Below, piece after piece: positions 1 to 15,069 of a DNA stretch of 64,000 nt (position 1 is the first letter of the stretch; the number at the start of each line of letters is the position of its first letter). A program made the position numbers and the translations under genes. Where the stretch lies: assembly GCF_009914755.1 (NCBI RefSeq), contig NC_060934.1; one strand, given 5' to 3'. Under the pieces are notes generated by a model, which ran no database searches, was not told the DNA's origin, and was given only the letters and a program-made list of their open reading frames with translations. This stretch comes from the human T2T-CHM13v2.0 reference genome, Homo sapiens.

Positions 1-890
1 TATGTAAGGAATTCATACAACTCAGTAATAAAAAGACAAACAGCCCGATAAAAAATAAGCAAAATATTTGAATAGGTTTTTCACCAAAGAAAATATTCAA
101 ATGGCCAATAAGTACATGAAGGAATACTCACTGTCATTAGTCATTAGGGAAATATAAAATAAAATGACAATGTCATACTGTTACACAATCAGCAGTAATG
201 GCTAAAATGGAAAAGACTGGTAATACCAGATATTGGCAAAGATAGGGAGGTATCAGAACTCTCATTCGTTGCTGGCAGGAGTGTCAAATCTCACAAACAC
301 TTTTGTTATATAGTTAAATAGACATCTATCCTATGACCCAGAAGTCTTCTAAGTATTTATCCAAGAGAAATGAAAACACATGTCCACAAAAAGACTTGTT
401 CATAGCAACTTTATTCATACAGCTACAAACTGGAAGCCACCCAAGTGTCAATTAACAGTAGAAAGGATAAACAAATTGTGGTAGATTCATACAATGGAAT
501 ACTAGACGGCAATAAAAAGGTTCAAATTGCAGAAACATGCAGCAATATGGATGAATTCCCAAGACATTATATTGAGTACTGAGTGAAAACATTATGTTGA
601 GTGAAGCCAGACACAAAATAGTCCATACCAGATGGCTGCATCTATATGGAGTTTTTCACATGAGAAAATTAATAGATGATGATAGAAATCAAAGCAGTGA
701 CTGCTTCCAGAGTGGGTGGTGGGGTTGACTGGGAAAAGGTACAGGGATACTTCCTGGACTGATGGAAATATTCTATATCTTACCAGGGGTGTGGGTTACA
801 TGAGTATCTGCATTTGTCCAAACGGACAGAACTAAATACTTGGAATCTGTGCATTTCACTAAATGTAAATTATACTTCAATTTTTAAAAA
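1..890 (+). mobile_element. Old L1 (L1MB/L1ME-type) ORF2 3' end and 3'UTR fragment
   Basis: Degenerate L1 motifs: 'caaatggccaataagtacatgaa', 'tatttatccaagagaaatgaaaacacatgtccacaaaaagact', 'atacaatggaatacta'; ends 'aaatgtaaattatacttcaa' plus A/T tract. Confidence 0.85.
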
Positions 891-1214
891 GCATTGGGGA
901 AAAAGTATCTTTTCTATTTTAGGCCAAGACTACGGATAGATCTCTAAGAGAGCTCTTATAACCTTAGAGAACAGAATCTCGCCAGAAAACAAAGGCCTCA
1001 CCCAGACCAGGGGAGGTGGCAGGGCGTTTCTCTTCAATTAATTTGCAGTCTTAGACCAAGGCAGGATATAATGATGACATTAACCAACCACAAATCCCAG
1101 TGACTGCACATCTTGGAAGGCACTGGATAGACTACGGCAAGTGTCAGACACCTCCTGAGTGCGAACCTCTTGAAATCTTCTCGTTCAACCTCTTACTCCA
1201 GGTACCTCTGCAAT

Positions 1215-1684
1215 GATCAGTTCAGTGCAGGCGCAGTCCACTTGCACTTAGGGGCAGCCTAATGGTGCCTAATCATTCCCTAACCTCATACCTCTTTCTG
1301 CCTTGGTCCTTCTCTGATGCCCTGGGGTGGGACCCAGCACATGCATGTACATCCAGGAACTGCAGGTGAGTTACAGCCTATGTGATCACCTTGGCTAGTG
1401 CCAGATGGGGAGCTGGTAGGCCGATGCATCCCTCCACATTGCTTCTGCAGACATTTTTGAGCACACTTCCTAAGGCTCCTTAGGAAACCCCTTAGGATGG
1501 TGCCTCAGTCACCATTGACTACACAGTGATCAACTCAGTAACATATATCTCTTTACTGACTTGCCCTCCTTCCCTTTTCCACTCCATCCTTCCCTTCTGC
1601 TCCCTGGGACCACTTTTTCAATAAGCCATCTGCATACAAATCTTTGTCTAAGGGTCTATTTTCAGGGGCACTAAGGCCAAGGCA
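1215..1684 (+). mobile_element. Solo LTR, ERVL LTR16-like
   Basis: 3' end 'ctgctccctgggaccactttttcaataagccatctgcatacaaatctttgtctaagggtctattttcaggggcactaaggccaaggca' resembles LTR16 termini; 5' boundary approximate. Confidence 0.65.
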
Positions 1685-3149
1685 CAGTTTGTGTATATGT
1701 ACAGAAATTTACATCTACATACACAAATGCTTCCCTGGGTGCTGAGACCATGTATAACACAGACCCCTATTCAACTGGCTGCGTGCCTGGAATGTTGTTC
1801 CTTGTATAAACTAGAAAGAGACTGATGGCCTCCTGCTAAGAGAGTCAGCTCTTGCTAAGATACACACCTTGATAGGAAACATAACAAGAACCATGACCAA
1901 TGCCCATTCCAGAACCATTGCCTTTTTATGTAAGTAATGAACCCATCCCTGGGCTGAATTCAACCCCAGGAGTGTTGAGTCACTAGGTTTATACCATTGA
2001 TTCTGCTGCTAATGACTAATAACTGAGTGATGGATGGAATAATACTGCTTCCAGGGAGACACTTACCTTCTCAAAGAAAAAACTCAAAACGTGATTTTTA
2101 ACTTCTGAATGACTATTTTTCTCATATACAGTGAATTACGATAAAGTATCAAACCAATATCGAAAGACCACTAATATGAGGCAAGCATCAGTGCTGTTTG
2201 TGGTTGCATCTCTTGTTGGGTTCCATGGCCTGGCCAATCCTCAACCACATGAGAGTACTCTTGACAGACAGAGAGTTTGGACTTGAGGGTTCACATATCC
2301 TTTCTTCATTCATCTACTGTGTATACAGTGCATAGCTTCAAGCAAGGAATGTTGCCCTTTGTGTTTCTGTCTTTCTCCTGGGCAGTGACTCGCCTTTTTT
2401 TTTTCTTTTTTGGACTTACAAAGAGACTAGTTAGTGAAAGACCTAGTGTAAATATGACAAAACCCCTTCAGTGGGGATAGTTCATTAAAATCAAATAGCT
2501 TGTTACAACAGGTTTTCAGCTGAATTGCTTAATGTATGTTTTATAAAACTTCTTTACAAGGCATCTGCCAATGTTTAGCCAGAATGTTGGGTTGGTGTGT
2601 TGGTTTTCCTCTTCAGGGAAGATTCAAGAAAATGGTAATGGGATGTGAAGACAATTATATAGAAGCATGTTGTTGAAGACTGGAAAAATAAATGAAGAGC
2701 TATTAAATCTGCTAGAATTGGAGCCAGGCTCTAACTATGCGTAGAAACAGACTGGCTTCGGCCCCATCAAGGCACGTTGAGATCAAGCCCATGAAGGATG
2801 CATCAGCTTCCATTATAATTACAGCCACTGCTCTCAGTTTTACATAGTTCTCACTCCTGACACAGGCAGCGTTGGAAGCACAGAGAATCCGACAGAAATG
2901 CAACTTCTATTTTTGGAATTCCAGTGTGTGTGGAGGAGGGGGATGCAATGCATTCTGACTTTGATTGTGTTTTCTCTAGTTTATAGATTAACCTAAAATA
3001 GACTGTGTGTTTCATTAGAGCGAAAGAGGATATAAGATCTCTACTGAAAGGAAAATCTTCTTTCTTCTTCTACTAAGTGCACAAATAATTGTTTGCCACT
3101 TCAGCAGCTCAAACTTACAGAGTAAGAAATGTTCATGAGTATGGCATCC

Positions 3150-3571
3150 AAGGCTGTCCACTCTCTGACCCCCCCACTACTTCTCCAGCCACCTTCACCA
3201 AATAGACACATGATCCAATATTTTAGGTTCCCTGCTGTTCCCTGCACACACCAGGTGACTTCAGGCTCCAAGCTTTTGCTCATCCTGCCCCTTCACCTGG
3301 CAAGCCACTCCTTGTCTCCTTGTCTCATCTTTCATGACATAATCAGCCTCTCTAGGAAATTTTCCAACCCAACTTTTCCATTTCAAACTAGGTTTGTCCA
3401 TTTCCTCTTTGGAAGGGGACAACCGTTCCCTGTACATCCTCTTCCATCTTGCATCCCAGAACACTAGAAAGCAAATTTTTTGGAGGTAGAAACTGTCTGA
3501 CTCATTCCTGTACCTTCACTGCTTAGCACAATGTTGAACACATGGTATGTCTTATGACTAACTGAATGAAT
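3150..3571 (+). mobile_element. L2 3' fragment
   Basis: 'cttagcacaatgttgaacacatggta...actgaatgaat' L2-type terminus. Confidence 0.6.
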
Positions 3572-5152
3572 ATCACACAAGGCAATTTGACTTCTTTTCT
3601 TGAGAAAGTGAGAAAATATTGGAGGATTGCTGCCTTGGAAAACATTTGGAAGGATTCGGGGCTATGTTCATCCAGAGATTCCAGGATATTACACACAAAG
3701 CCCTAATAAAGCTATAGCGAAAATACATTCTGCAAAATCACTAAGGCTTCTCCTACTCAGGGAGTCAATGTGGCTTAATCCACAAACTGCACCCTGTGCC
3801 GCTTCTCATTTCCTGATTAAAATTCACATTGGATTTCCAGAAGAAAAGTGCAGTTGAACAGATGAATGAGGAAGATAAGGGAACCCATTTGGACGGCACA
3901 CACTGAAGCTGCTTAAAGTCTGCACTTCTCTAACTTAGGAAAATATTCCTCCTCGAAGAATCTTTGAGACAGTACTGTACTTTGAGCCTAAGCATGATCA
4001 CTCTTGGAATCTGAAGGGCAGTATTGGAAACCACAAAGTTCCTAATAACTTCACGAATCCATAGACCTCTTAATAATATTTCCATTTCTTCCTGTGTTCT
4101 TCTTAACCAGATAATAATTACACAACGAGGTTTATTCAAAGATTGAAATTTTACCTCGAGCAAAATTTGGAGGTCAAATAGGGAAGGAACTCACTCAGAG
4201 AAAAGAATATAATTTAAAAATACTTTTCCTCCTACGAGGGGAACAAGTAGTTATTTTGTCACATTAAAAACAATGGTTTCTTGCAATGCATCAAAGACAT
4301 AAATCTGAACACACCAGACCTCTTCATTATCCCTGTGGCCTAACAAACTCCTAAAGGCAAAGGGAGCCAGTTTCTGAGCAGGCCAAGGGATTCAGGCTGT
4401 ACGCTCCACAGGGGACAGAAGGCTAAATCAGCCGGAAAAAGGTAGAGCTGTACAGTTGGGTAAGCACAAGTGCAGACAAGCGTGGATAATTTTAACTCCC
4501 ATTACAGCTGGACTGACCACTAAACTGTCACCTCATATCGAGCTTGTAACTGAGAAACCACAATTATCCTTTTGAGCACATTTACGAGGAAGCACGGGGA
4601 GCCCAAGGCGTTATGGGTGAGACTATTCAGAACAGGTGGATAGGGCAGTGAGGGAGGATTGTCACATGTGGCTCCCTGCAGGGACAGGGGAGGAAAGCCA
4701 GGAGGCCAGCTTCATGGCAGCCCTTCTATAAAAGAGACAGAGCAGAGAAGAGGCAGGGATGAAAAGGAGATAAAAAAGCAAATAACAATGGAGGGAGGAA
4801 AATGACAATTGCTGTAGTCTTTAGAAGTGCCAGCAGCTGATAAGTCTTTCAGGCCAAAGAGGGAACCCTGAAGTGACAGAAAAGCCTTACTTAATTTCCT
4901 TTTTTTTCTGCCTTGCACAGGAAAAGTTACCCTCAGCTATATCTGACTCTTGCTCCTTTCCAATTGCTAAGCCTCAGTCAGAGACGCGTGATTTTATCTA
5001 TAGCTCAATCCAATATTTAATGACAACTTCAGAATATGATATGTATTCCCGACACACTTGCTGACATGTTTTGGATCACTAAGATAATGAATCATTTATA
5101 TTTTGCGAATTCCTTTCAAACTTTTTCAAGGAAATAATTCATAAGTGCGTGC

Positions 5153-5195
5153 CCTCCCTCCCTCCCTCCCTCCCTCCTCCCCTCCCATCCCCCCA
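5153..5195. repeat. (CCCT)n / C-rich simple repeat
   Basis: ccctccctccctccct... directly visible. Confidence 0.9.
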
Positions 5196-5277
5196 CTTAA
5201 TTTTGGAAGCATAGACAACTCCTGTTTCAAATTGTTCCCAGTAGAACTCCTGAGTATCAATTTAAAAAGATAATTAA

Positions 5278-5593
<316 letters not shown>

Positions 5594-6386
5594 TTATCTG
5601 TTGGTTTCACCATTGCATGATTTTCTTACTTGTTCTTACTTGAAAACACTGGCAAGTGAAAATTGCCACAAGTTTCACCTTGATCATAAATGCATTTTCT
5701 GGGCAATTTTATGTTTGGGGATTGATAACCCAGGGCACTAATTTACTTTACATAATATGAGGACTTAAATTTAAAGCATTCTCAAGGAGTGGCAAAAGAC
5801 TGAGGTGCTGCTTTCTACAAATGAAGTCATCCATTAAATGTCTACTAGTGTCAGGCATTCACAAACTCATAGACAAGTGAAGAGTTAAATTCTATGATGT
5901 GTCATAAAGAATCAATCTACAGAAACAGGAGAAATTTCTATTGATAAGGGAAGTGGCAAGCATTGAGGCAGAATAAACAGGCATCAAGAGGCTGGAAGGA
6001 GAGGTCACAGTATTAAGAAGATAATGCACCAACCCCGGGATCTTGCACCAGACTGCCATGAGCATAACATCGTTAAGTCTCTTTCTTACCTAAGTTTTCC
6101 TGTTTTGCTCTCCCAGGGAATTTCACTTTAAGGGAATACGTCCCTGACTGTATAGCAAAGATCAGGAAGCAAACAGGATTCATTTGTATAGAGATCGCTT
6201 TGTTCTCTTCCACAAAGCCAGGAATGTCTGCATTCACGTTTAAAACAACAACAAAATTATCTTTCATAAGATATTTTCTCCTTCAAACAGGACAAGAGAA
6301 TCGAAGGATTATGTCCAGCATGGAATTTCAGTCCCCTTCCCTTTTGACCTCAACTGACAAGGCCCTTTGTGCCTTTTATGTAATAT

Positions 6387-6584
6387 TAGTGGTTTTCAGA
6401 ATGTGCTCCCTGGACCAGCAGTGACAGCAGCATCACCTGGGAAGCTGTTAGACATGCAGATTCTCTGAGCCCATCCTACCCACGCCCAAGTGAACCAGAA
6501 ACTCTGGGGAGACTGGGTGCTCAATGCAAGATTTAATACATTCTCCCAGTGATTCTGATGTTTGCCAAAATATGAGAACCATTG
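6387..6584. mobile_element. MER5A-like hAT-Charlie MITE
   Basis: Termini 'agtggttttcag'/'tgagaaccattg'; internal 'cagcagcatcacctgggaagctgttagacatgcagattct'. Confidence 0.8.
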
Positions 6585-9141
6585 CTTTATGTTAATTGAC
6601 TTACTTTGTTATTTCACGCCCACTATCTATAAGCTAATTCCCACTGCAGTGAGGCAGAGAGAGATGGCTCCACACTGCACTCTTAGGTACAATCGAGCGT
6701 CCGCATTTGGTGTTGAGAGGTCTGCTTTATTCTTCCCATTTATTTGATGGGCACGTTTTTAACTTAGAACAATATTTCTCTCCAAACAGTGTGAGCATCT
6801 TATTGTAAGTTTTTACAAACATTTTTTTAGCCATTTCAGGTAACAACCCCCAGCGTAACAATCCCCCACGTGGCCTGTAACACCCAGAACTCTGGTGAAT
6901 GTAATGATTGTTTTGCAGACAGGAAGTGACTGCAGCATTAACACGATCCAGAAGTGAGCGGTGATAAACTCTGGCACTGCTACAGAAAGGAAAAACCAGG
7001 CTCAGAGATGCAGAAACTCAGAGAACACATTCTGTAGCTGAGAGGAAAAACCCACACAAACTCAAAACAAAACCAGTTCAAATAAACCTCGCTCCTTGCC
7101 ATCTATAAACAGAGTTAAGTTCAAGGGAGAATCTTCTGGCCCCAACAAGAACCATGGAATGAGATAAGATGTTTTCTCCTTTATTTTAATGTGTGGACTG
7201 CATTGGCGCCCCATTATGAAGGCATTTCAAATATCCATTAATGATTTAATTGACTAAGTGCCATTCTTCCCTGACTACCATGTTGGGTTTATCTGTGCAG
7301 AGCTTCCTGCGATTATCTTAAGTCTCTGGCAGCTTAATGAAGGCTGTATGTCGGCAAACACTATTTTTTAAAAATTAGAGGATAAACTTACAAGGAGTAA
7401 ATGCTCCATTAGATGTTGAGAGGTCACTCATGCCCCAACTTGACTCGGATGTCTGACACAGCTGCTTCAAGAATTCCACGTGGCCCCAGGCGATGGAGCT
7501 GTTAAATCACGTTCACGTAGGACATTCCTCTTCTGGCCTGAAATACAATCTGGTTAATGAATTTACCTTCTTCACATCCCAGGTACCGGTCAGAATACCC
7601 AACCTGAAGATCTTTTGTGCTGAGTATTTAAAAATCTCTCTCTCATAGGATTCCTACAAGAGTCAACATTTTGTTTCTCTGAAAAAGGAACACTCGCTTC
7701 CAGTCTGTTGTCACATATCTGAACTGTTAGACCCGGCTGTGTTTTCCAGGAGCAATAATTGGAATTCTCTCTAACCCAACCAAACTCTTTTTAATGAGTT
7801 CAGGGGAATCAGCGTGTTTGTGTTGGCTTCCTGGACCTTCGAGGCTCACAGACCTAGCCAGCTCAGGCACAGATCAGCAGCCGGGGAAGGCATTAGTCTC
7901 CCCCACATATCTACCCTGCGAGCTTTATGGCCAAGAGCAATGCCAGGGAGTTCAAGTGATTAGTTATGTTAGGGAAACGAAAGCCAACAACCCAAGAAAC
8001 AGCGTCCCCAGGAAAAGGTCAATAGGCCTCGGTGCTGTAATGAATGTAACAAATATTTAAATAAGGATAATATTGAAATGTGTTCAGTCATCTTGATTTA
8101 TTTCCAATTACTTGGCTTTTGCTCCACTGAGTAGTTCTGAAATTCAAAGTTGATTTCTGCTGACTTGTGGAGCCACACCACCTCTATTTTTCTTCCTTCT
8201 ACGTGCCTTTCAATCCTATTTCACAGTCCCTTCCAAAAGGACCACAAAGCATGGCAAACAGAGATAGACTCAGTCTACCAAGTGGCTACAAAGGATGTTG
8301 TTTTATAAAGCAGAGAACCTGAGCCAAGCTTCTGCACAATACAGAGGAAGAGTCAAGGCTCTAGACAGACTGGTCCAGGCCATGGTGAATGGCGAGGCCC
8401 ATTCAATCCCAACCATCAGAGGAGCTTTTTTCCTTTCCAAAGCATGAGTCCTACAGGGATGAAGATGAGAATCTCCTTGAATTTAGAATTGTAATGTCTC
8501 AACTGGAGGAGTTCCAAAAGATTCCCTACTATTAGCTCCAGGAAGCAGAGGCTGGGCCAGATGAAATGGATTGCCCACGATTCTCAGCGAGTTGAGAGGA
8601 AGGGCACTGGCCCAGGGGATGCTTCCCTGTTCTCCCTCCTGCCCACCCTGCTGCACGCATGCATCGATTTAATCATAAGCGAGCCTCAAACCATGGCCAC
8701 GCACTGTTCTGACACTTGCTGGGAAATAATCCCAGTGCCTCCTCTGGGTACAGTGCAGTAGGTAGGGTGAGAGGGTAGGTGCCAAGTGGGATCTACTACA
8801 CAGACTGGTAGAGTTTTACCTACCTCCATACCTGTCCCCACTCACTCTTACTCTGTCTTAGGAAGCCAACGGGCAGTAGAACTTCTCTCCTAACACTTTA
8901 CCATGAAAAAGTTTCAATGGGCACGCCAGCACCATTTTAAGGTTGTTGGCAGCATCCTCACCGTGATGCCCACTGGTATCTCAACAAGGATGGAAAAAGT
9001 GACAGCCTTTAACTATGGTTCTTCTTTCAACCCAAGTAGTTACCATTTATTGAGCACATACTGTGTACCAAGAACTACAGAGGTGCATGTCTCTGACCCT
9101 TGCAACATCTCCATTGGATAAGTTTTATAACTGCACTATAA

Positions 9142-9463
<322 letters not shown>

Positions 9464-9494
9464 TTCTGTTTTGTTTTTACTTTAAATTTTAGCA

Positions 9495-9611
9495 AGAATA
9501 TAAGTTCCACAACAGAAGTGACCTTGCTTCTCTTGTTAACAATTCCATTCCAAGCACCTACCATCTGCCTCACACATAGTAGTTATTAATAAGTGCTTGC
9601 TAAATGAATGA
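9495..9611 (+). mobile_element. L2 3' end, flanked by minus-strand MIR pieces (~9040-9130, ~9615-9720)
   Basis: 'cacatagtagttattaataagtgcttgctaaatgaatga'. Confidence 0.6.
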
Positions 9612-12600
9612 GGGAATCCTCACCTCATAGGGTAGGAAACTAAGTCTTTTTAGAGAGGTGAATTAATTTATTCAAAGCCTCCCAACTGAATAGAGGAGAG
9701 GGTGCCTTTCAAACACCCTCTCCTCTATATATTTTTATAAATGTAATTAGATACAAAGATGTGCTTATGACAAATGGAAATGGAAACTGTCAAGATTCTC
9801 AATGACTCTACCCAAGGCCCATATGACATAAGTGTGTTCACTAAAGGCTCTGACCTCTACAACCCCTGAACTTGACATAGGGAGAAATAACAAAGTTTAA
9901 TACTTTAATAGATGGAGTATTCTGCCTTAATGACACATTTCTACTACTCGGGAGATTGGCAATTTGTTGTGAAATAGCATCTCCTACTACTGACCTTACT
10001 TGAATGACAGAGGCTAAGTCAACACCAGACCTATAAGAAAAACATTGAGTTCTTGAGATGCAGTATATATGATGACGAACTCCATGTGTGCCCACAGTAA
10101 CGAATGGGGTTGTTATTAGGAAATCTGCTAAATACCTAGAATTGCAACCTTCCACAGTAGTATCATGATTTGCAAAGTTGATATAACAGAAATTGATTAG
10201 GGAAAGAAATAAAGATTGCTTGGGGAACTATTAGTAGGCTTCAGGACCATGAACATTTGTTTGAACAAAGGTGCTTTTCCAGATGCTCTGTGTCCTCACA
10301 GAACAAAATAATAACCGAAGCTGAAACCTGCAGGGTAGAGGATGTGGGGTCACTATAAAATGGAAGCACCCTCATGAGGGGGCCAAATGGAGGTGGGAAA
10401 ATATTAGGTCCAAGGGTTTTCTGAAAATAGGACACTGGGATAATTGCAACCTAAGCTTAAGGCAGGAGTTAGAAGAGCTAGCCTATCAGAGGCCCCATAA
10501 GTACTTATTTTTTTACTTTAGGAGGGGATAAAGGCCATCTCAGAAGAGAAAGTCACTGACTTTCAATTAATCTGCTTTCTACCATGTTACAAATAAAATT
10601 TAGGGAAACTAACAGAATCTTAATGAAAAAAAATAAATCTTCAGAAGTTATTATCTGGGAAACCTGGACATTGTCTGAGGACCTGGTTGCCTGTGACAAC
10701 ATACATTTGTCGGGAGGGATTGCCAGGGGGTCAGATATCAGCCCATAAAGTTGCTAATATAACTGATGCAGCTTGATGAGAGGAAAAGCATCAATCAAAG
10801 TCAGAAAGTCTGTGTAGGTGAGGTGGGGGTGGGAGTGCCGGCCCTAAAGCCTTGATTCTGAAAACAGAAGGTCTCCACGGAATTTTTCTGTAGGAAAAAT
10901 GGGAGGCCAAGTAAAACCTGGTGCTGGGAACAGGTGATGAGCACTAGACTTGACCTCTCTAAATGAAGGATGTAGACCACTAGTTTCCTCCAAATTACAA
11001 CCACCAGAAATTTAGTTCTTTCAATAATGACTTCAAAGTTTAAAAACCTCTCATTTTAAGTTGTCCATGTTTGGTGGCAAAAAAAAGAAAGAACATATAC
11101 ATGGACAGAAATGTACAAATGTAGAGTCATTGCTTTCTAGATGTCAAATGCAGATGACTGAGTTTATCTTATGCCTGGGTTTATGGCCTAGTATCATCAT
11201 TGGTCCAGGGAAGTTTGCTCTCTTACTTTACTTGTGTATTGACTTTTTTTTTTTTTCGAATCCACTACTCCCAATCTCCTCCCCACACAGGCAACAGTTC
11301 TAATGCATTTAATATGTATCCTCAAATTTGTAGGTATCCCTATATAATGTAGAATTGTTTTGTGTGTATATATATTTTTTAATTTATATAAATGGCATTG
11401 GACTAAGGATCGCATTTTTCCCCTTTTAAATTCAGTGGTATGCTTGAGAGATCTGTCCCTGTTGCTATTATCTACTGGGTTTTACTTCAAGACGCCCATC
11501 CACTACATTTTACTGAATGATTTCCCTTCAAATGGACCACAGGTTAACTCTATTTCCTTTATGACACAAACAGTAAGCAGCAAACATGTGCATCCATGTC
11601 TTCCTCTAGATTTATGCAAGGATTTTTTTTTCTGAGATTACCCATAAGTGGAATTCTGAGTCCTTAGCAGAAACAACCATTTAAGTAAGCCCTGCCTCAG
11701 TTGCTCTCCAGGATACCGGATCAGTTCCCATTCCCACCAGTAGGACACAAAGGTTTCTTTTATCCCATGTACTGCTAACCCATGGATATAAATTGGATAT
11801 AATTTTTACCAATTAAAATAGGTAGAATATGTTTTCCCATTCTTAATTTAATTTGCATTTATCTGAGTGTTACTGAGAGTTTAAGCATCTCTTTATATAT
11901 ATTTTTAGCCATTCACATTTCCTTTCTAGGAACTGTTGTTCATATCCTTTGGTCATAATTTTTAAAGTTTTCTCTTTCTTGTGTATCAGCAGAGTCCCTT
12001 ACATTCTAGATATTGTTATCTCGTTGGTCCTGGGCAGTGCAAATACATTTTCCTAATCTCTCATCTGTCTGTTAGCTTTTTCTATATCGTCTTTTTAAAA
12101 CAAAAGTCTTTACGCTTTGTGTAATCAGAATCATCAATTATTCACCTAATGGTTTGTTCTATTCAGGTCATGTTAAAGTTCTTCTTTTCCTGGAGGTCCT
12201 ATATTTTCTTCTATTAGCATTCTGGTTTTACTTTTCACATTTAAGTCTTCCATCCATCAAGAATCTACTTTGTATATGGTGTAAGGTAGGGCTCTAAGCT
12301 TTGTTTTTCTTTGTATTGTGAGCCAATTTTCTTAACACCTTCTATTAAATCATGTGTCCTGTTGCCCATTGACCTTTATCATCTCAAGCTGCCATGTATC
12401 TAGGTATCAGTTATAAATTATTTCTGTTCAATTGGTCTACTTCTCTGTTCTTGTACCACTAACACATAGTTTTTAGTTCTATAGTTGCATACTCTATCTT
12501 AATATCTGATCACAGAAATTTGCCTTCTTTTGCTTCTTTTCCAAAGTAACTTAGCTATTCATGGACCTATACTCTTCTGTATACAGAATAGCTTTCTTAC

Positions 12601-14155
12601 ATTCATTCCTAAATCCACTGGAATTTTGTTCTGGATCACCCTGAAACTGTACATTAGTATAGAGAGAATTGGCATGTTTATCATCTTAAAGCATCCCATT
12701 TATATACATGGTACAGTTTGCCTTTTATTCACATTTTCTTAAAATATTGTCCATAGATACTATGTATTCCTTGTTAATTTCTAGATATTTTATAATTTTT
12801 GTTGCCATTATGAAGGCATCTTGTCTTTTATTTACTGGTTACTGGTGGTAGGGAGAGATGTAATTAATGCTTCCAAGTTGATCTGTGTCTTGCAGATTTC
12901 CTGAGCTCCCTAATCATTTTCCTGATTTTGACAGATTTCCATTGAGATATCATCAGCAAATGACAATTTAATACTCTTCCTCCCAACCATTAGACTGACA
13001 TTGTTTTATTTGTTTTTATCTTAGAATTGTCCAGGGCTTTTGATACTGTATTAAGTAGCAGCAGCATATGTTTCTAATCTTAAAGGAGATGATTTCAAAG
13101 TCTAAAGTATGTTGTCTACTGTAGGTTAGGGGCATAAATCTTTACCACATTAAAAAGGTCCTTTTCTAGGCATGGTGTGCTAAGAGACTTTTAACATAAA
13201 TGTATGTTCAACTTTATAAAAATGCTTTTTCTGTATCTATTAAGATGATCAAGATATTTTTCTTTTGTGGATTAATTTAGCAATACATTTTCTGAGGTTG
13301 AACCATCTTTGCTTTTCTTGGCTAAACCCTCCATGATCATCTGTTTGTTACTTTCACTTTCTAAAATTTCATTAGCTAATATTTCATTTTGCATTTTTTA
13401 CCTATATGTTCAAAAATCACATTGGCCTTTTGTACTGTCCTTGGCAGAATTTGCAATAAAAAATACAATAATCTCATAAAATAATTTCTAATGTTTCATC
13501 ATTTTCCTATTTCCCAGAGTTGTTTATTTTCTAACACTGGTGGAATTTACTTATAAAACCACTGGATCTGGGGCTTTTGTGGAATAAAGAGCTTTATCAC
13601 CATTTTTAATTTCATTATTGTTTATTGGTTTATTAAATTTTTCCAGTTTTTCACTATTTTTGGCATTTTGTATTTTTCCAGAAACATAGTTCTCATGGAA
13701 AACTTTCCTTGAAAGTTTCCATTTCATGTAGATTTCAAATATATTGGATAGTTTTTCATAATATTCTTCCATAATATTTTTCTCAGCTGTGTCTATTTTA
13801 TTTCCCTCTTTTTCATTCTGTAATTTTGCTTATTTTCTCTTTCTCTCGATCAGTCCTGCCAGAAAGTGCTTCTCTTATTGATGCTTTCAAAGTACTAGAT
13901 TTTGGTTTTATTAATCTTATTTTTAGTGTACCTTAAATTTTATCATAAATTTATTATATCTCTATAATAAATTTTGTTCTTTTTGGGGAACAAAATTTGG
14001 GGGGAATTTGTTCCTTTTCCAACTTCTTCATTTGAACACAAATAATTTGTTGTTGGTCTTTGTTGCTTTCAAATAAATGTGTCTAAAGCTATATCTTTCC
14101 ACTGGTTACTATTTTAGCTGTCTTACAAATTTTGATAGTTTTTAAAACATTTCTG

Positions 14156-14455
14156 GGCCGGGCACAGTGGCTCATACCTGTAATCCCAGCACTGTGGGAG
14201 ACCAAGGCAGGAGGATCATGAGGTCAAGTGTTTGAGACCAGCCTGACCAACATGGTGAAACCCTGTCTCTACTAAAAATACAAAAATTAGCCAGGCGTAG
14301 TGGCGTGTGCCTGTAATCCCAGCTACTCAGGAGGTTGAGGCAGAAGAATCACTTGAAACCAGGAGATGGAGGTTGCAGTGAGCCAAGATCACGCCACTGC
14401 ACTCCAGCCTGGGTGACAGAGCGAGACTCCATCTCAAAAAAAAAAAAAAAAAAAA
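14156..14455 (+). mobile_element. AluSg-like
   Basis: Full dimeric Alu with polyA tail. Confidence 0.96.
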
Positions 14456-15069
14456 TTGTGTTTAGTTTTAAATATTTCATCATTTCTGTTAATCATTGTT
14501 TAACCAAGTTATTTGGGTTTCAGGTACATGGGTTACTTTTTAGCTTTCTGTTGCAACTGATTCCTTATTTTACTGCATCTTTATCATTGAACATATGATA
14601 TATTAAACAGGATTCTTTTTGGAATATAGAACTTTTCTTGGTAGCCTAGTAAATTGTAAATGTTTTATGAATAATCCATTCTCAAAATAAAATGTACCTT
14701 TACTGTTTGTTGGGCATAGAATTCCATACATATCTACTGGTTTCTCCACTTATTGTATTATTCGGATCTTTTATATCTTTGCTTGTCTTTGGTCTGCTTA
14801 ACCTATCAGTTTGAGAAAGCTGTTTTAAAATTTCTGTCCACAATTGTTGACTTACCCGTTTCTTCCCATAGTTGACTGACATTTTACATATTTTTAAGAC
14901 AATATTATCAGGTACATTTATGTTCATTATGATTATATATTATTCTATTGCTACACTTATAAATATGTCACATCCTTCTTTGCCCTTAAATGATTTTTGT
15001 TTTTAATCATATTTCATCAGATATAAATATTGCTATCATGGCTTTCTTGTGGTTCACATTTCCCTACTA

